DNA of 35,422 nt from a virus. Its lineage: Duplodnaviria; Caudoviricetes. This document shows positions 1 to 8,901 of the stretch, one piece after another. The stretch lies in IMG/VR virus record IMGVR_UViG_3300037524_001388, positions 1 through 35,422 of that record, one strand, 5' to 3'. A program made the position numbers and the translations under genes. Each line of letters opens with the position of its first letter. The stretch's first letter is position 1. The notes below the pieces were generated by a model. That model saw nothing but the letters and a program-made list of their open reading frames with translations. It made no database searches and was not told the origin of the DNA.

Positions 1-2356
1 CGAAGCCCTCGCCGCTGCCGTGGCCGGCCATCTCGAAAGCCGTGCCGTAGAGGCCGCGCACCAGGCCGGTCAGGGTGTAGCTGTTGCCGCTGCCGGCGGT
101 GGCCGTCTTGAACTGGATCAGCTCCCATCCGTTCGCGGCGCTGCCCACTGCGGCCAGGTTGTAGCCGGCGAAAAGCTGCTCGTCGGTGGCCGAGGCGAGG
201 GTCCGGCCCGAGTCGGCGAGATCGACGGTCAGGCTGGCCGCGTAGTCGATCACGCCGGGGGTGCCGTTCGGGAGCGTCGTGGTGCAGTCGCCCACGTAGC
301 CGGAGAGCGTGTCGGCCACGGCCCCGTCCTCCCAGGTGCCGCCCGAGTCGTGGGAGATCAGGAGCGCCCCGCCGTAGTAGGCGCCGGGCGCGCCGAAGAA
401 AACGACATAGACGCCCGCGTTGTCGTCGATCGCGGAGAGAACCGGGATCTCCAGGAAAAGGGCGCTCGGGACCAGGTTGAAGCGCGAGAGGTCCTCGGCC
501 GAAATGCTGATGTCGTCGGCCTCGGCCGCGCTCGCGCGGGCGGCGGCGTCGTCGGCCGCGGCGGTGAACTCGACCACCGCGCCGCGCCGGGTCATGGAGA
601 GGATCCGCACGTTGCGGCCGTCCACGGTGACAACGTCGTTGGGGGCCAGGTAGAGGTATTTCAGCCCGGTCGCAAAGCGCACCTGGCGGCGGTCGAGCCA
701 GAGGCCGTCGAGCATGATCTCGGCGGCCTGCTTGGCCTGGCCGTCGGTCATGACGATCCCGACCCCGTTCGAGCTCATGACCTGGGGGCTTTTGTCCACG
801 CGGACGGCCTGCTGGGAGGCGATGTCGAAATCCCGCTGGCGGGACTCGTAGGAGAGCACCAGGTGGGTCGGCAGCTCCGAGGGGGTGCGGGGGTCCTCGA
901 CCAGCGGCTCGGGCCTGGCGGATCCGGGCTCGTGGGCGGCGAGCTCGCCGGCCGCGATGGCGAGCAGGGCGGCGGCGCCGCGCTTGGCGAAGACGAGCTT
1001 CCAGTCGAGCTCGACCAGCTCGGCCGCGAAGATCTCGCGCAGGGGCTCGATGGCGAGCCGGGCCGTCATCTGCCGGGAGACCCCGTAGCCGTAGAGGGTG
1101 TCGGCGTCGAGGGCCGAGGCGTCCACGTCCGCGGCAGCGAGGCCCGCCAGGGTGCAGAGCTCCTCGATGGCGGCCGAGGCGAGCTCGTGGGTCTGCTGGT
1201 AGGGAGGCTCGCCTGGAATATAGGTGCACTGACCCCCGCTATATGTCTGCGGCGTCCAGTACGAATCCAATGTTCGATCGACCCACGTGCCGCCGCTGTA
1301 AAATTCGATCTTGGTTATGTTGTGATCGGTCGCCATCGAAATCAAAATTTTGGCGATGTCCTTGTCCTGGACCTCCCCGCTGATGTCCTCCTCCCAGCTG
1401 TAAGTATTGCCGGCAACGTAGGTGCCGAAATAGGAGACGCCGTCATCCCTTGAAATATCCGCAAATTCGCTGCCTACATAGTACAGGCCGAACGACATCG
1501 AGCCGTTGTTTTCCAGGTGCTTCCAGGTGATCTTTATTTTGGTCGGCCTGTATCCGGACGCCCATGTGCCCGACACGCCAAGCATTGAATAATAGCCGTA
1601 GGCATAATAGGGATCCCATTCGCCCCCGCCGCCCTCCCCGGCTGTGCCCAGGCCTGTCCGCACGATCTCGGCCTCGATGCGGGGGAGCTGGCCGAATTCG
1701 CCGATGGGAAAGTCTTTCAGCATCAGGCCGCAGCGGCCGCGGAAGGCGGGGGCGTTGCCGGCGCCGACGGCCGCCTCGTAGGTGGGGTCGGCGAGCTGGG
1801 AGGCGGTGCCGAGGTAGATCTTCGCATACTCGGCCAGGCGCTCGGCCGACTTGCTCTGGTTGGCCGCGCCCACGGCCGGGTCCCCGGCGTAGAGCGGGTC
1901 GTTCGCATCGCGCACGTCGTACCAGACCTCGTTGTTGACCCACACGCGCTGGATCTGTTTGATCTCCCCCTCGCAGAACAGCAAAAACATGCTGGCATAG
2001 TATTCGCGGTAGTTCTGGTAATACCGCTCGCCGTTCTGGCGGTGCTTGGTGCGGTAGGCCTTCTCGCGGACGTCGCTCATCCAGGCGAGGTTGCCGGCGT
2101 AGCGCTTGGTGCCCCGCAGAATCGGGACCGGGGCGCCGTAGCTCGAAATCTGCACCCGGTTCTCCATGGGCTCGGGGGGTTTGACCTTGGACTTTTGCGG
2201 CTCGGCCGGAAAGAGGTAGCTCCCCGCGAAGCCGGCGAGCAGCCCGCCGATCGACATGCCGATGGCGGTGCCGTAGCCGGGGGCGATGATGCTGCCCACG
2301 ATGCCGCCCACGAGCATTCCGCCGATACCGATCAGGCTGCCGAAGTTGAAGCCCAT
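1..2356 (-). CDS. Tail tip/central fibre protein (GTA g15 'megatron'/Phage-tail_3-like), 3' end truncated by the window edge
   Basis: Translated by hand from ATG 2356 (not in the ORF track, consistent with no in-window stop): MGFNFGSLIGIGG...ISSYGAPVPILRGTKRYAGNLAW...FCEGEIKQIQRVWVN...PAFRG...DFPIGEFGQLPRIEAEIVR...LRGLYGT. It follows the DUF2460 and DUF2163 genes. Confidence 0.85.
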   Translation of the reverse strand, partial: MGFNFGSLIGIGGMLVGGIVGSIIAPGYGTAIGMSIGGLLAGFAGSYLFPAEPQKSKVKPPEPMENRVQISSYGAPVPILRGTKRYAGNLAWMSDVREKAYRTKHRQNGERYYQNYREYYASMFLLFCEGEIKQIQRVWVNNEVWYDVRDANDPLYAGDPAVGAANQSKSAERLAEYAKIYLGTASQLADPTYEAAVGAGNAPAFRGRCGLMLKDFPIGEFGQLPRIEAEIVRTGLGTAGEGGGGEWDPYYAYGYYSMLGVSGTWASGYRPTKIKITWKHLENNGSMSFGLYYVGSEFADISRDDGVSYFGTYVAGNTYSWEEDISGEVQDKDIAKILISMATDHNITKIEFYSGGTWVDRTLDSYWTPQTYSGGQCTYIPGEPPYQQTHELASAAIEELCTLAGLAAADVDASALDADTLYGYGVSRQMTARLAIEPLREIFAAELVELDWKLVFAKRGAAALLAIAAGELAAHEPGSARPEPLVEDPRTPSELPTHLVLSYESRQRDFDIASQQAVRVDKSPQVMSSNGVGIVMTDGQAKQAAEIMLDGLWLDRRQVRFATGLKYLYLAPNDVVTVDGRNVRILSMTRRGAVVEFTAAADDAAARASAAEADDISISAEDLSRFNLVPSALFLEIPVLSAIDDNAGVYVVFFGAPGAYYGGALLISHDSGGTWEDGAVADTLSGYVGDCTTTLPNGTPGVIDYAASLTVDLADSGRTLASATDEQLFAGYNLAAVGSAANGWELIQFKTATAGSGNSYTLTGLVRGLYGTAFEMAGHGSGEGF

Positions 2357-2431
2357 GAGTCCGTCTGTCCCGTCTGTCCGGTCGGCCCGTCTGTCCCGTC
2401 GACCGGATAGACCGGCTGACGGGCGACCCTT
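2357..2431. repeat. Intergenic CCCGTC-NN(N)/GACCGG-NN(N) imperfect palindromic repeat, copy 1
   Basis: Tandem 8-9 nt units centred on GTCGAC (2398-2403). The same motif recurs at 6.0, 7.3 and 8.9 kb. Confidence 0.85.
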
Positions 2432-3307
2432 CTACGAGTCGATCCAAAAACGGTTGCTGGGTATGACCAGGGTCTTGTCCAGGCCGGGCAGGTCCGGCGC
2501 GCCCTGGAAGTTCAGGATGTTGCTGAACCGGCTGATGCACGTAGCTTTCCGCCGGTCGCAGCCGGCATAGAGCCAGAGCGTGTCGCCGGCCGCGACGGTC
2601 AGCGCCATCGGCTCCTGCAGCACGACCCCATTCGAAGCGTCGCTCGACTTGACCTGCATATATAGGCCGGCGTTGGCCCCGGTGATCCAGCGGAGCTTGC
2701 CGTAGGCGTAATAATTGGCCGCCTTGCCGGCGGCGTTGCCCGAGACCGTGAAGGTGCGGTTGTCGGTCACGCTCGCCACGGTGCCGGTGTGGGTGTAGCT
2801 TGCGATCGCGACCTTGCAGCGGGAATCTCCCAGGGTCGCGTCGCACTCGGGGGTCAGGATGCGGCCGACCGGGGCCTGGAGCCAGATGCTCATGGAGCAG
2901 AGCTCGATGCGGGCGCGGTGCTCGCCGATCTCCATGTCGCCCAGGCGGCCGCGGCCGAGCTTCAAGATCCCCATCGTGGTGTCAGCGTAATTGATGAGGA
3001 AGCTCCACCACTCGGCGTTGTCCCACAGCCCGGCGCGCAGCGCGTCGCGGGTGAAGGCGGCGGCCGCGTAGCCCACCTCGAGGTCCATGTGATCGACCCC
3101 GCCGCCCGCGCTCTGGACGAAGCTCGACAGGTCGCCGGCGGCGACAGGCGTGTAGGTGTCGGCGTCCCAGCCGATCTCGGCGTCGTGGTCTGTAAAGAAA
3201 AGCTCGCTGCCGCCGGCGGCCTGGATCCGCAGGCAGGTGGCCACGGTCAGGACCTCGCCGGCCAGGTGGGCTTTCAGATCGTTTGAGATTTCTCTCGGCA
3301 TATTCAT
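2432..3307 (-). CDS. Baseplate hub protein, DUF2163/BR0599 family
   Basis: FFTDHD, CDATLGDSRCKV and GCDRRKATCISRFSNILNFQGAPDLPG motifs. Start ATG 3307 or 3301. Confidence 0.9.
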   Translation of the reverse strand: MNMPREISNDLKAHLAGEVLTVATCLRIQAAGGSELFFTDHDAEIGWDADTYTPVAAGDLSSFVQSAGGGVDHMDLEVGYAAAAFTRDALRAGLWDNAEWWSFLINYADTTMGILKLGRGRLGDMEIGEHRARIELCSMSIWLQAPVGRILTPECDATLGDSRCKVAIASYTHTGTVASVTDNRTFTVSGNAAGKAANYYAYGKLRWITGANAGLYMQVKSSDASNGVVLQEPMALTVAAGDTLWLYAGCDRRKATCISRFSNILNFQGAPDLPGLDKTLVIPSNRFWIDS

Positions 3308-3330
3308 CGCGGCTGGAAGCCGCTCCCACA
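3306..3330 (-). repeat. REP (GTRG-family) palindromic element, copy 1
   Basis: Minus strand TGTGGGAGCGGCTTCCAGCCGCGAT: GTGG tetranucleotide plus GCGGCT/AGCCGC hairpin. It is 24/25 identical to 32809-32833. Confidence 0.75.
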
Positions 3331-3332
3331 GT

Positions 3333-3983
3333 TCAACTGCTGCCGTACTTGCGCTCGACAAGCGGCACCTGGGCCGAGGCCGAGGCGTAGTCGTCGAGGT
3401 TCACGGAAAGGTGATCGGTGTCGAACCGGCAGGGGACATCGAACTGGAATCCCGCGGTGACAAGAGCCGCGGCGGCCGGGATGTTGCCGGGGGTGAAGGT
3501 GACGACCCCGGTCGTCGTGTCCACGGTGAAGTGGGTCGTGATCGTCTTCTCGGTGCCGTTTACGGCCACCTTGACCGTGGCTGCAACCGGCTTCAAGATT
3601 TTCCGGACCCTGGTCACGGCCCCCCAGGTGTAGAGCTTGACCAGTTGGAAATCGTCCTGGGTGCCGTCGCCAACCCCGATCTGGCAGTCGGTCGCGGCGG
3701 GCGTGGCGCCGAGCGCGCAGCTTTTGAAATCGAGCCAGTCCTTGTAGCGGAAGCCGATCGCACGGCCGCCGGTGGCGTGAAACAGCCTCAGGACCGTTTC
3801 AAGCTTGGCCTGGGTGTTGATCCCGTACATGGCATCGTAGCGGTGGCGCGGGTAGGACCAGAGCATATTGGCCTGCTCGCTGCCGGAGCGGCTGATGGCG
3901 AGCTCGGTCATCCACTCCGGGCCGCCGCGGGAGTTGTAGCTGATGTCCTCGGGAAAGCGCGGGGTCTCGATGAAGGTGGTCAT
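3333..3983 (-). CDS. Distal tail protein, DUF2460 family
   Basis: FPEDISYNSRGGPEW, GFRYKDWLDF, GDGTQDDFQLVK and AGFQFDVPCRFDTD motifs. It lies directly after the tape measure gene. Confidence 0.92.
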   Translation of the reverse strand: MTTFIETPRFPEDISYNSRGGPEWMTELAISRSGSEQANMLWSYPRHRYDAMYGINTQAKLETVLRLFHATGGRAIGFRYKDWLDFKSCALGATPAATDCQIGVGDGTQDDFQLVKLYTWGAVTRVRKILKPVAATVKVAVNGTEKTITTHFTVDTTTGVVTFTPGNIPAAAALVTAGFQFDVPCRFDTDHLSVNLDDYASASAQVPLVERKYGSS

Positions 3984-3984
3984 G

Positions 3985-6012
3985 TCAAGCGCTCCTTGCG
4001 TGGGCGCGGCTCAGGACGGCGAGGAGGCCCGCCTGGAGCTGCACCTGGCTCTCGCGCTCGATCCGGCCGCCGGGGGCCTGCACGTTCACGGTGATGTTGG
4101 CGGCCGGCCGGGCGGCCTCCCGCCGGGAGAGGACGCGCTCGCCGCGTTGGAGCACGGCCGGGTACTCGTCCGGGGCGAGCCCGCCGTGCAGACGCGGCGC
4201 GGCGGCGATCATCCAGGCCGGGATTTGGCGGTGGGGGCCGCTGCCGTCCACCGCGCCGCCGGCGTGACGCACCAGGGCGAGGGCGGTTGACTGGCTCATG
4301 GCTGACCCGCCGCCGCCGCCGAACAACCCCGCGATCCAGCCGAACAGCCCCCCGCCGCCACCGGTGCCGCCCACCGCGCCCGGGCCGAAGATGGCCTGGG
4401 TGGCGAGCTGGCCGGCCATGTCGGAGGCCGCGCGCAGGATCGAGTCCATGATGGCGTTGGCGTAGTCCTCCAGGCTCTTGAGCTCCCCCTTCATCGCGTC
4501 GAAGAAGAGGTCCGAGAAGTTGTCCTGCATCGCCTCGGCCGTGCGCTGCGAGAGCTGGACGAGGGAGCCCATGCTCTGCTCGCCCTGGGCCTTGATCTCC
4601 TCCATGGTCTGCTTGACCCGGTCCGCGTCGTAGGGGCCGATCTCCTCGCGGTGGCGGGTGATCCAGTCTGAGTCCTCGCCGTAGCGCGCTTTCGCCTCCT
4701 CGCGGATCCGCGCGAGGCGCTGCTCCTCCATGCGCAGGATCGCATTTTCGTGCTGGCCGCCGGCCATGTACTCCTCGAGCCGGCTCTGGCCCATGAGGGC
4801 CGCCTGGAACTCCTCCTGGTATTTCTTCACCTCGGCCGCGAGCTGCTCCATGGTAAGCTTGGCGGCCTCGGCCTGCTGCTTGAGCCAGGCCTCGCGCTTG
4901 TCGATGATGGTTTTTTTCTCGGCCTCGGTCAGGTCGCCGTACTGCCCCTCCTGCATCCGCCAGCCGGAGGCATCCCAGCGCGGGGTGGACCAGGAGCCGG
5001 TGCGCTTCAGCTCCTCGGAGGGCTTCAAGCCCATCTGCGGGGCAAGGAAGCGGCGGTTCCACTCGGCCTCCTTGGCGGCGGCGAGGCCGGGGTTGGCCAT
5101 CCCCTTGGCCTCGAGCGAGCGCAGCATTTCGATCTCCTTCCAGAGATCGGACTTGGACGCCTCGCCGGCGGCGGCGCGCATGCCCTTGAGCTTGTCGGCG
5201 ATCCAGGTGAGCATCCGGGCGTATCCGGCGAGCTCCTTGTCGAGGAAGGACGCCACCGTGCGGTTGACCTCGTTCCAGAGGTCGGTCTGCGCGGCCACGA
5301 GCTTGTTGGCCCCCTCCAGGGCCCCGCTGGATGCGCCCAGGCGGCGAACCATGTCGTCGCCGGACTTGACCACCGCGTTCATGAACGCCTGGCGCTTCTC
5401 TGCGTCCGACAGCGCCGATGCTGTTTTGCCGAGGCTCTTTGCGTAGTCTGCGTTCGCCTTCTCCACATCTACGATGATCCCCAGGTTGTCGAGGATCATC
5501 TTGGACTGCCGCGCCACCCCCATCGTGATGTCGTTGAAGGCCTCGGTGACGGCCTGGCCGGTCATCCGGCTCGTGGCCGCGGCGATCTCCATGAGCTTGG
5601 CGATCTCGCGCGCCGGGATGTTCATGAGCAGCGCCTTGCCGGATGCGGCCACGAGGTCCGCCTCGGCCACGAGCCCGCGCGAGGCGCGCTTGAGCTCCTC
5701 CAGCATGCGCCGCGAGCTCGTCCCGGCGGCGCCGGCGAGGTTCTCGAAGCCCGCCGCCTGCTTTTCCAGCTTCGCCCCGGCCTCGACCATGTCCACCGCC
5801 TGGCCGATCGTCTTGTAGGCGGCGAAGACGGCGGCAGCCGCCCCCAGGGACTGGGTCTTGAACCGGTCCAGGTTGAAGCCCGACTCGGCCGCCTTGGCGG
5901 TCTTGGCGAGCTCCTGCTGCACGCCGGCGAGCTGGCCCTTCAGTTCGCGGAAGGCCTGCTCGGATGCGTTCTTCGCCTGGAGCAGTATCTGCAGCTTGAC
6001 ATCGTCCGCCAT
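3985..6012 (-). CDS. Tail tape measure protein (675 aa)
   Basis: Ala/Glu/Lys-rich helical protein with ILDNLGI and a C-terminal HAGG...PRLHGGLAPDEYPAVLQRGERVL motif. Position in the tail module fits. Confidence 0.9.
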   Translation of the reverse strand: MADDVKLQILLQAKNASEQAFRELKGQLAGVQQELAKTAKAAESGFNLDRFKTQSLGAAAAVFAAYKTIGQAVDMVEAGAKLEKQAAGFENLAGAAGTSSRRMLEELKRASRGLVAEADLVAASGKALLMNIPAREIAKLMEIAAATSRMTGQAVTEAFNDITMGVARQSKMILDNLGIIVDVEKANADYAKSLGKTASALSDAEKRQAFMNAVVKSGDDMVRRLGASSGALEGANKLVAAQTDLWNEVNRTVASFLDKELAGYARMLTWIADKLKGMRAAAGEASKSDLWKEIEMLRSLEAKGMANPGLAAAKEAEWNRRFLAPQMGLKPSEELKRTGSWSTPRWDASGWRMQEGQYGDLTEAEKKTIIDKREAWLKQQAEAAKLTMEQLAAEVKKYQEEFQAALMGQSRLEEYMAGGQHENAILRMEEQRLARIREEAKARYGEDSDWITRHREEIGPYDADRVKQTMEEIKAQGEQSMGSLVQLSQRTAEAMQDNFSDLFFDAMKGELKSLEDYANAIMDSILRAASDMAGQLATQAIFGPGAVGGTGGGGGLFGWIAGLFGGGGGSAMSQSTALALVRHAGGAVDGSGPHRQIPAWMIAAAPRLHGGLAPDEYPAVLQRGERVLSRREAARPAANITVNVQAPGGRIERESQVQLQAGLLAVLSRAHARSA

Positions 6013-6016
6013 GTTA

Positions 6017-6107
6017 TCCGTCTATCCCGTCGGCCCGTCGGCCCGTCTGTCCCGTTGGTCTATCCCGTCGGCCCGTCGACCGGCTGACCGGCCGACCGGC
6101 CGACCCA
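6017..6107. repeat. Intergenic CCCGTC/GACCGG palindromic repeat, copy 2
   Basis: Units centred on GTCGAC (6075-6080), immediately upstream of the tape measure start. Confidence 0.85.
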
Positions 6108-6110
6108 ACC

Positions 6111-6755
6111 TCACCACATCGCCATTTCCTGCGCGCTGTAGAGCGCGCCGCCGGGGGCGGTCTTGCCGCGCGCGATCAGCCGGAAGTTGCTCCGGATCCG
6201 CGCCATGGACTTGTTCTTTTCGGCCGCCCAGAAGGGGGCCACGATCGGCCGCGGCGGGGTGACGAGCGTGCGGGTGGTGCGGCGCAGGAAAAGCGGCTGG
6301 CCGCTCCGCCGGCCGCGCCAGGAGCGGGAGAAGCTCCTCTGGGCGCCGCGGCGCAGGAAGTAGAGCCGCAGCTCCGGGGTGACCGGCCGGGTGAATCCCG
6401 CCTGCTGGCGCTCGGCCGCGCGCCGGGCCCACAGGGGCGAGCGCGCGGTGAAGCCCACGGCCACGCTCGCGTCCGCCGGGTCCACCCGGTAGGTGACGCC
6501 GGCGGCGAGCTGAAGCAGCGGCCGGGGCTGGCGCACCCCGCTTTTGCGGTTAAGCGTGCGGGCGATCATGGAGAGGTCCTTGAGGCGGCGGCCGGGGGCC
6601 GGGGCGGACATGCGGATCGCCTGCATCAGGGTGTGGCGCAGGCTGAACCCCTCCACTTTGACGGCGTCGAGCTGGGCCTTGGCGAGATCGGCCCCGGCCT
6701 GGTCGATCCGCTTGCCGAGGGCCCTGACGTTGCTTTTGATCTCCGCCCGGATCAT
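6111..6755 (-). CDS. Putative neck/tail-completion protein (basic, 214 aa)
   Basis: MIRAEIKSNV... starts at an ATGA overlap with the upstream stop. Arg-rich with C-terminal PPRPIVAPFW, resembling phage neck/gpZ-like proteins. Confidence 0.55.
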   Translation of the reverse strand: MIRAEIKSNVRALGKRIDQAGADLAKAQLDAVKVEGFSLRHTLMQAIRMSAPAPGRRLKDLSMIARTLNRKSGVRQPRPLLQLAAGVTYRVDPADASVAVGFTARSPLWARRAAERQQAGFTRPVTPELRLYFLRRGAQRSFSRSWRGRRSGQPLFLRRTTRTLVTPPRPIVAPFWAAEKNKSMARIRSNFRLIARGKTAPGGALYSAQEMAMW

Positions 6756-7087
6756 CGATCCTCCGTCCCCCGGCGCATCTTGTCGAGCGTTGCCGCCTCG
6801 AGCGCCCGGATCTTGCCCCACATGCAGGGCGACAGCTCGATCTCCATGTCCGCCGCCGCCGCCCGCACCTCGCCGTAGTCGAGCCCGATCACCCCCATGC
6901 CGCCGGCCCGCCACTGCGTCATCACCGCGAGCCAGAGCGCCCACGCCTCCTCGTTCTCGGGCGCGAGCGCGGGCGGGCTCAGGTACTCGCAGCCGGCGGG
7001 GCACTCCCCGCGGGCGCGCTTGCCGCAGGCGCGGCAGTAGTCGGCCCGCCGGGAGCCGCACTCCCACTCCCAGCGGGCGATGAGTTT
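6752..7087 (-). CDS. Tail assembly chaperone -1 frameshift extension (gpT/DUF1799-like)
   Basis: The -1 frame after the slippery site reads LIARWEWECG...PENEEAWALWLAVMTQWRAGGMGVIGLDYGEV...KIRALEAATL, with stop TGA at 6754-6752. Confidence 0.8.
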   Translation of the reverse strand, partial: KLIARWEWECGSRRADYCRACGKRARGECPAGCEYLSPPALAPENEEAWALWLAVMTQWRAGGMGVIGLDYGEVRAAAADMEIELSPCMWGKIRALEAATLDKMRRGTEDR

Positions 7088-7329
7088 TTTTCCTCGTCCC
7101 GCGAGCCGTTCGTCTCGGCCCAGACCGCCATTAGGACCGCCTTGCTGTCCGGGTAGGGCAGGTCCTCCAGCTCCGCGAAGAGCTCCGGGGCGAGCACCAT
7201 GCCGAGCACCCGCTCCATCAGCTCGTCTCCGCTGATGCGGTCGATCTCCGCCAGCACCGCCCGGCGCTCGCGCTTGGTGAGCGCCCGCGCCGCCACCGTT
7301 GTCCCGTTGCTCAGCCGTATCTCCCGCAT
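6979..7329 (-). CDS. Tail assembly chaperone gpG-like (116 aa)
   Basis: MREIRLSNG...EEKNS followed by a low-complexity tail. It lies after the tail tube gene and has a slippery heptamer at EKN. Confidence 0.8.
   Translation of the reverse strand: MREIRLSNGTTVAARALTKRERRAVLAEIDRISGDELMERVLGMVLAPELFAELEDLPYPDSKAVLMAVWAETNGSRDEEKNSSPAGSGSAAPGGPTTAAPAASAPAGSAPPAAST
7084..7090 (-). other. Programmed -1 ribosomal frameshift slippery site A-AAA-AAC
   Basis: X-XXY-YYZ heptamer in the correct phase (GAA AAA AAC). The -1 frame stays open to 6752. Confidence 0.8.
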
Positions 7330-7340
7330 GATCGGTCCTT

Positions 7341-7454
7341 CCCGTCTCTCCCGTCGGCCCGTCTGTCCCGTCGGCCCGTCCGTCCCGTCGACCGGACAGA
7401 CCGGCTGACCGGCCGACCGGCCGACCGAACAGGCGGGCCGACCGGCGACCCTTC
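7341..7454. repeat. Intergenic CCCGTC/GACCGG palindromic repeat, copy 3 (longest)
   Basis: Six CCCGTC units, GTCGAC centre (7387-7392), then GACCGG units. It ends in GCGACCCTTC like copy 1. Confidence 0.85.
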
Positions 7455-7457
7455 TCG

Positions 7458-8408
7458 TTAATACGCCGCGTAGCTCGTGACCCCGTTGGTCAGGCGCGCC
7501 ACGATCGCCGAGGCTTCGCCGCCGTTCGCGTAGTAGCCCTGGAAGTTCAGGTCCACCAGAAGCCCCTGCGGCCCGGGCACCGGCACCGAGGCGCGCTCGT
7601 AGAGCAGCTCCTGGATCTCGAGTTCGAAGACGCTGCTGGCCGAGCCCGTCACCGTCAGCTTGAGGCTGCTCTCGGTGCCGGCGAGGGCCTTGTCGAGCAG
7701 GGCGGTGTTCTCGAACAGGCACTTGATGTTCCCGCTCACCTCGACCGACTGCTCGGCGATGCTGCCCACCGACCCCGCCCCGCCGATCACGTAGTAGGCG
7801 TCCATGGGCAGGTTGATGTTCATGGCCAGCTCGGTCGCGTTGGCGAGCGCGCTGCCGCCCTCGGCCAGGGCCGCCTGGAAGTTGTTGAGGCGCGCGAGCG
7901 TGACGGCCGTGCCGGCGTGGAAGGTCGCGGCCTCCAGGCTGTCGCTCTTTCCGATCGCCCCCAGGGTGGCCACGAGCTCGCCGTCCCCGCCCACGGTGAG
8001 GCCGAGACTGTTGATCTTGCAGCCGACGAAGCGCTGGTACTTCGCGGTGGCGAGGTCCGTGAAGGCCGTCTCGAAGGTCATGCTGCGCTGGCTGGCGGGG
8101 ACCTTGAACTCGTGCACGTAGGGCCCGGCGCCGGTCGTGGTGGGCAGGCCGAAGATCCCGATCAGCCAGATCGCCATCGCGACCGAGTCGACCGGCACGA
8201 CGATGCTGCCGCCGACGGCGAGGTTGCCGGCGAACGGCTCGCGCGGGTTGCGGTCCGACTGGAGCGTTGCCGCGCGGTTGAGCGCCCGGGTGGAGCGCAC
8301 GTCGAAGCTGTTGATCGGCAGGATGTAGCCGGCGGCCGCGGGCGTGCCGAAGGCCACCAGCTCGAAGCCCGCCTTGAAGACTACCGTTGAACCCTTCTGG
8401 TGACCCAT
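7458..8408 (-). CDS. Major tail tube protein (316 aa)
   Basis: G/A/T-rich beta protein (AGPYVHEF, FVGCKINSL, VEVSGNIKCLFEN) immediately upstream of the chaperone pair. GGAGG RBS present. Confidence 0.85.
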   Translation of the reverse strand: MGHQKGSTVVFKAGFELVAFGTPAAAGYILPINSFDVRSTRALNRAATLQSDRNPREPFAGNLAVGGSIVVPVDSVAMAIWLIGIFGLPTTTGAGPYVHEFKVPASQRSMTFETAFTDLATAKYQRFVGCKINSLGLTVGGDGELVATLGAIGKSDSLEAATFHAGTAVTLARLNNFQAALAEGGSALANATELAMNINLPMDAYYVIGGAGSVGSIAEQSVEVSGNIKCLFENTALLDKALAGTESSLKLTVTGSASSVFELEIQELLYERASVPVPGPQGLLVDLNFQGYYANGGEASAIVARLTNGVTSYAAY

Positions 8409-8427
8409 GGCCAGGTCCTCCTTGTCG

Positions 8428-8898
8428 TCACGCGAGCGGGTCGCCCGCGATGGTTACGGTGGTGGTGAAATCGAGGTCCAGGTAGGCGTGGACCTCGGGC
8501 AGCGCGCCCAGGGTGTCCGCCGAGAGCGTGTAGCCGAAAACGGTGTTGGCCGGGAGCGCCGCCTTGACCGCGTCGATCATGAGCTGCGCGAGACCGAGGA
8601 TGAGCTCGATTCCGGCCGGCTGCTTGAGGTTCGTGGCCGCTGCGGAGGCGAGCGCCGCCTTGTCGAGGGCGAGGTCCACCGCGATCTGGTAGATCTGCTC
8701 GCGGCGCTCCTGGTGCTTGGCGACCCCCGGCGTGTGGATCAGGGCGTAGGGCATGTCGTCTCTGGCCGGAAGGGCCTCGCTCTCCACGTCGGCGAAGACC
8801 GTGAGCGCCGTCCCGAACCGGGCGCCGCACCAGGCGGCGATGGCGGCGTCCCCGGAGATCGCGGAGACGAAGGTGCCGAAGAAGTCGTAGTTGTCCAT
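8428..8898 (-). CDS. Putative tail terminator/completion protein (156 aa)
   Basis: Size, position before the tail tube gene and an LP...PYALI motif. Confidence 0.55.
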   Translation of the reverse strand: MDNYDFFGTFVSAISGDAAIAAWCGARFGTALTVFADVESEALPARDDMPYALIHTPGVAKHQERREQIYQIAVDLALDKAALASAAATNLKQPAGIELILGLAQLMIDAVKAALPANTVFGYTLSADTLGALPEVHAYLDLDFTTTVTIAGDPLA

Positions 8899-8901
8899 GT
8901 G

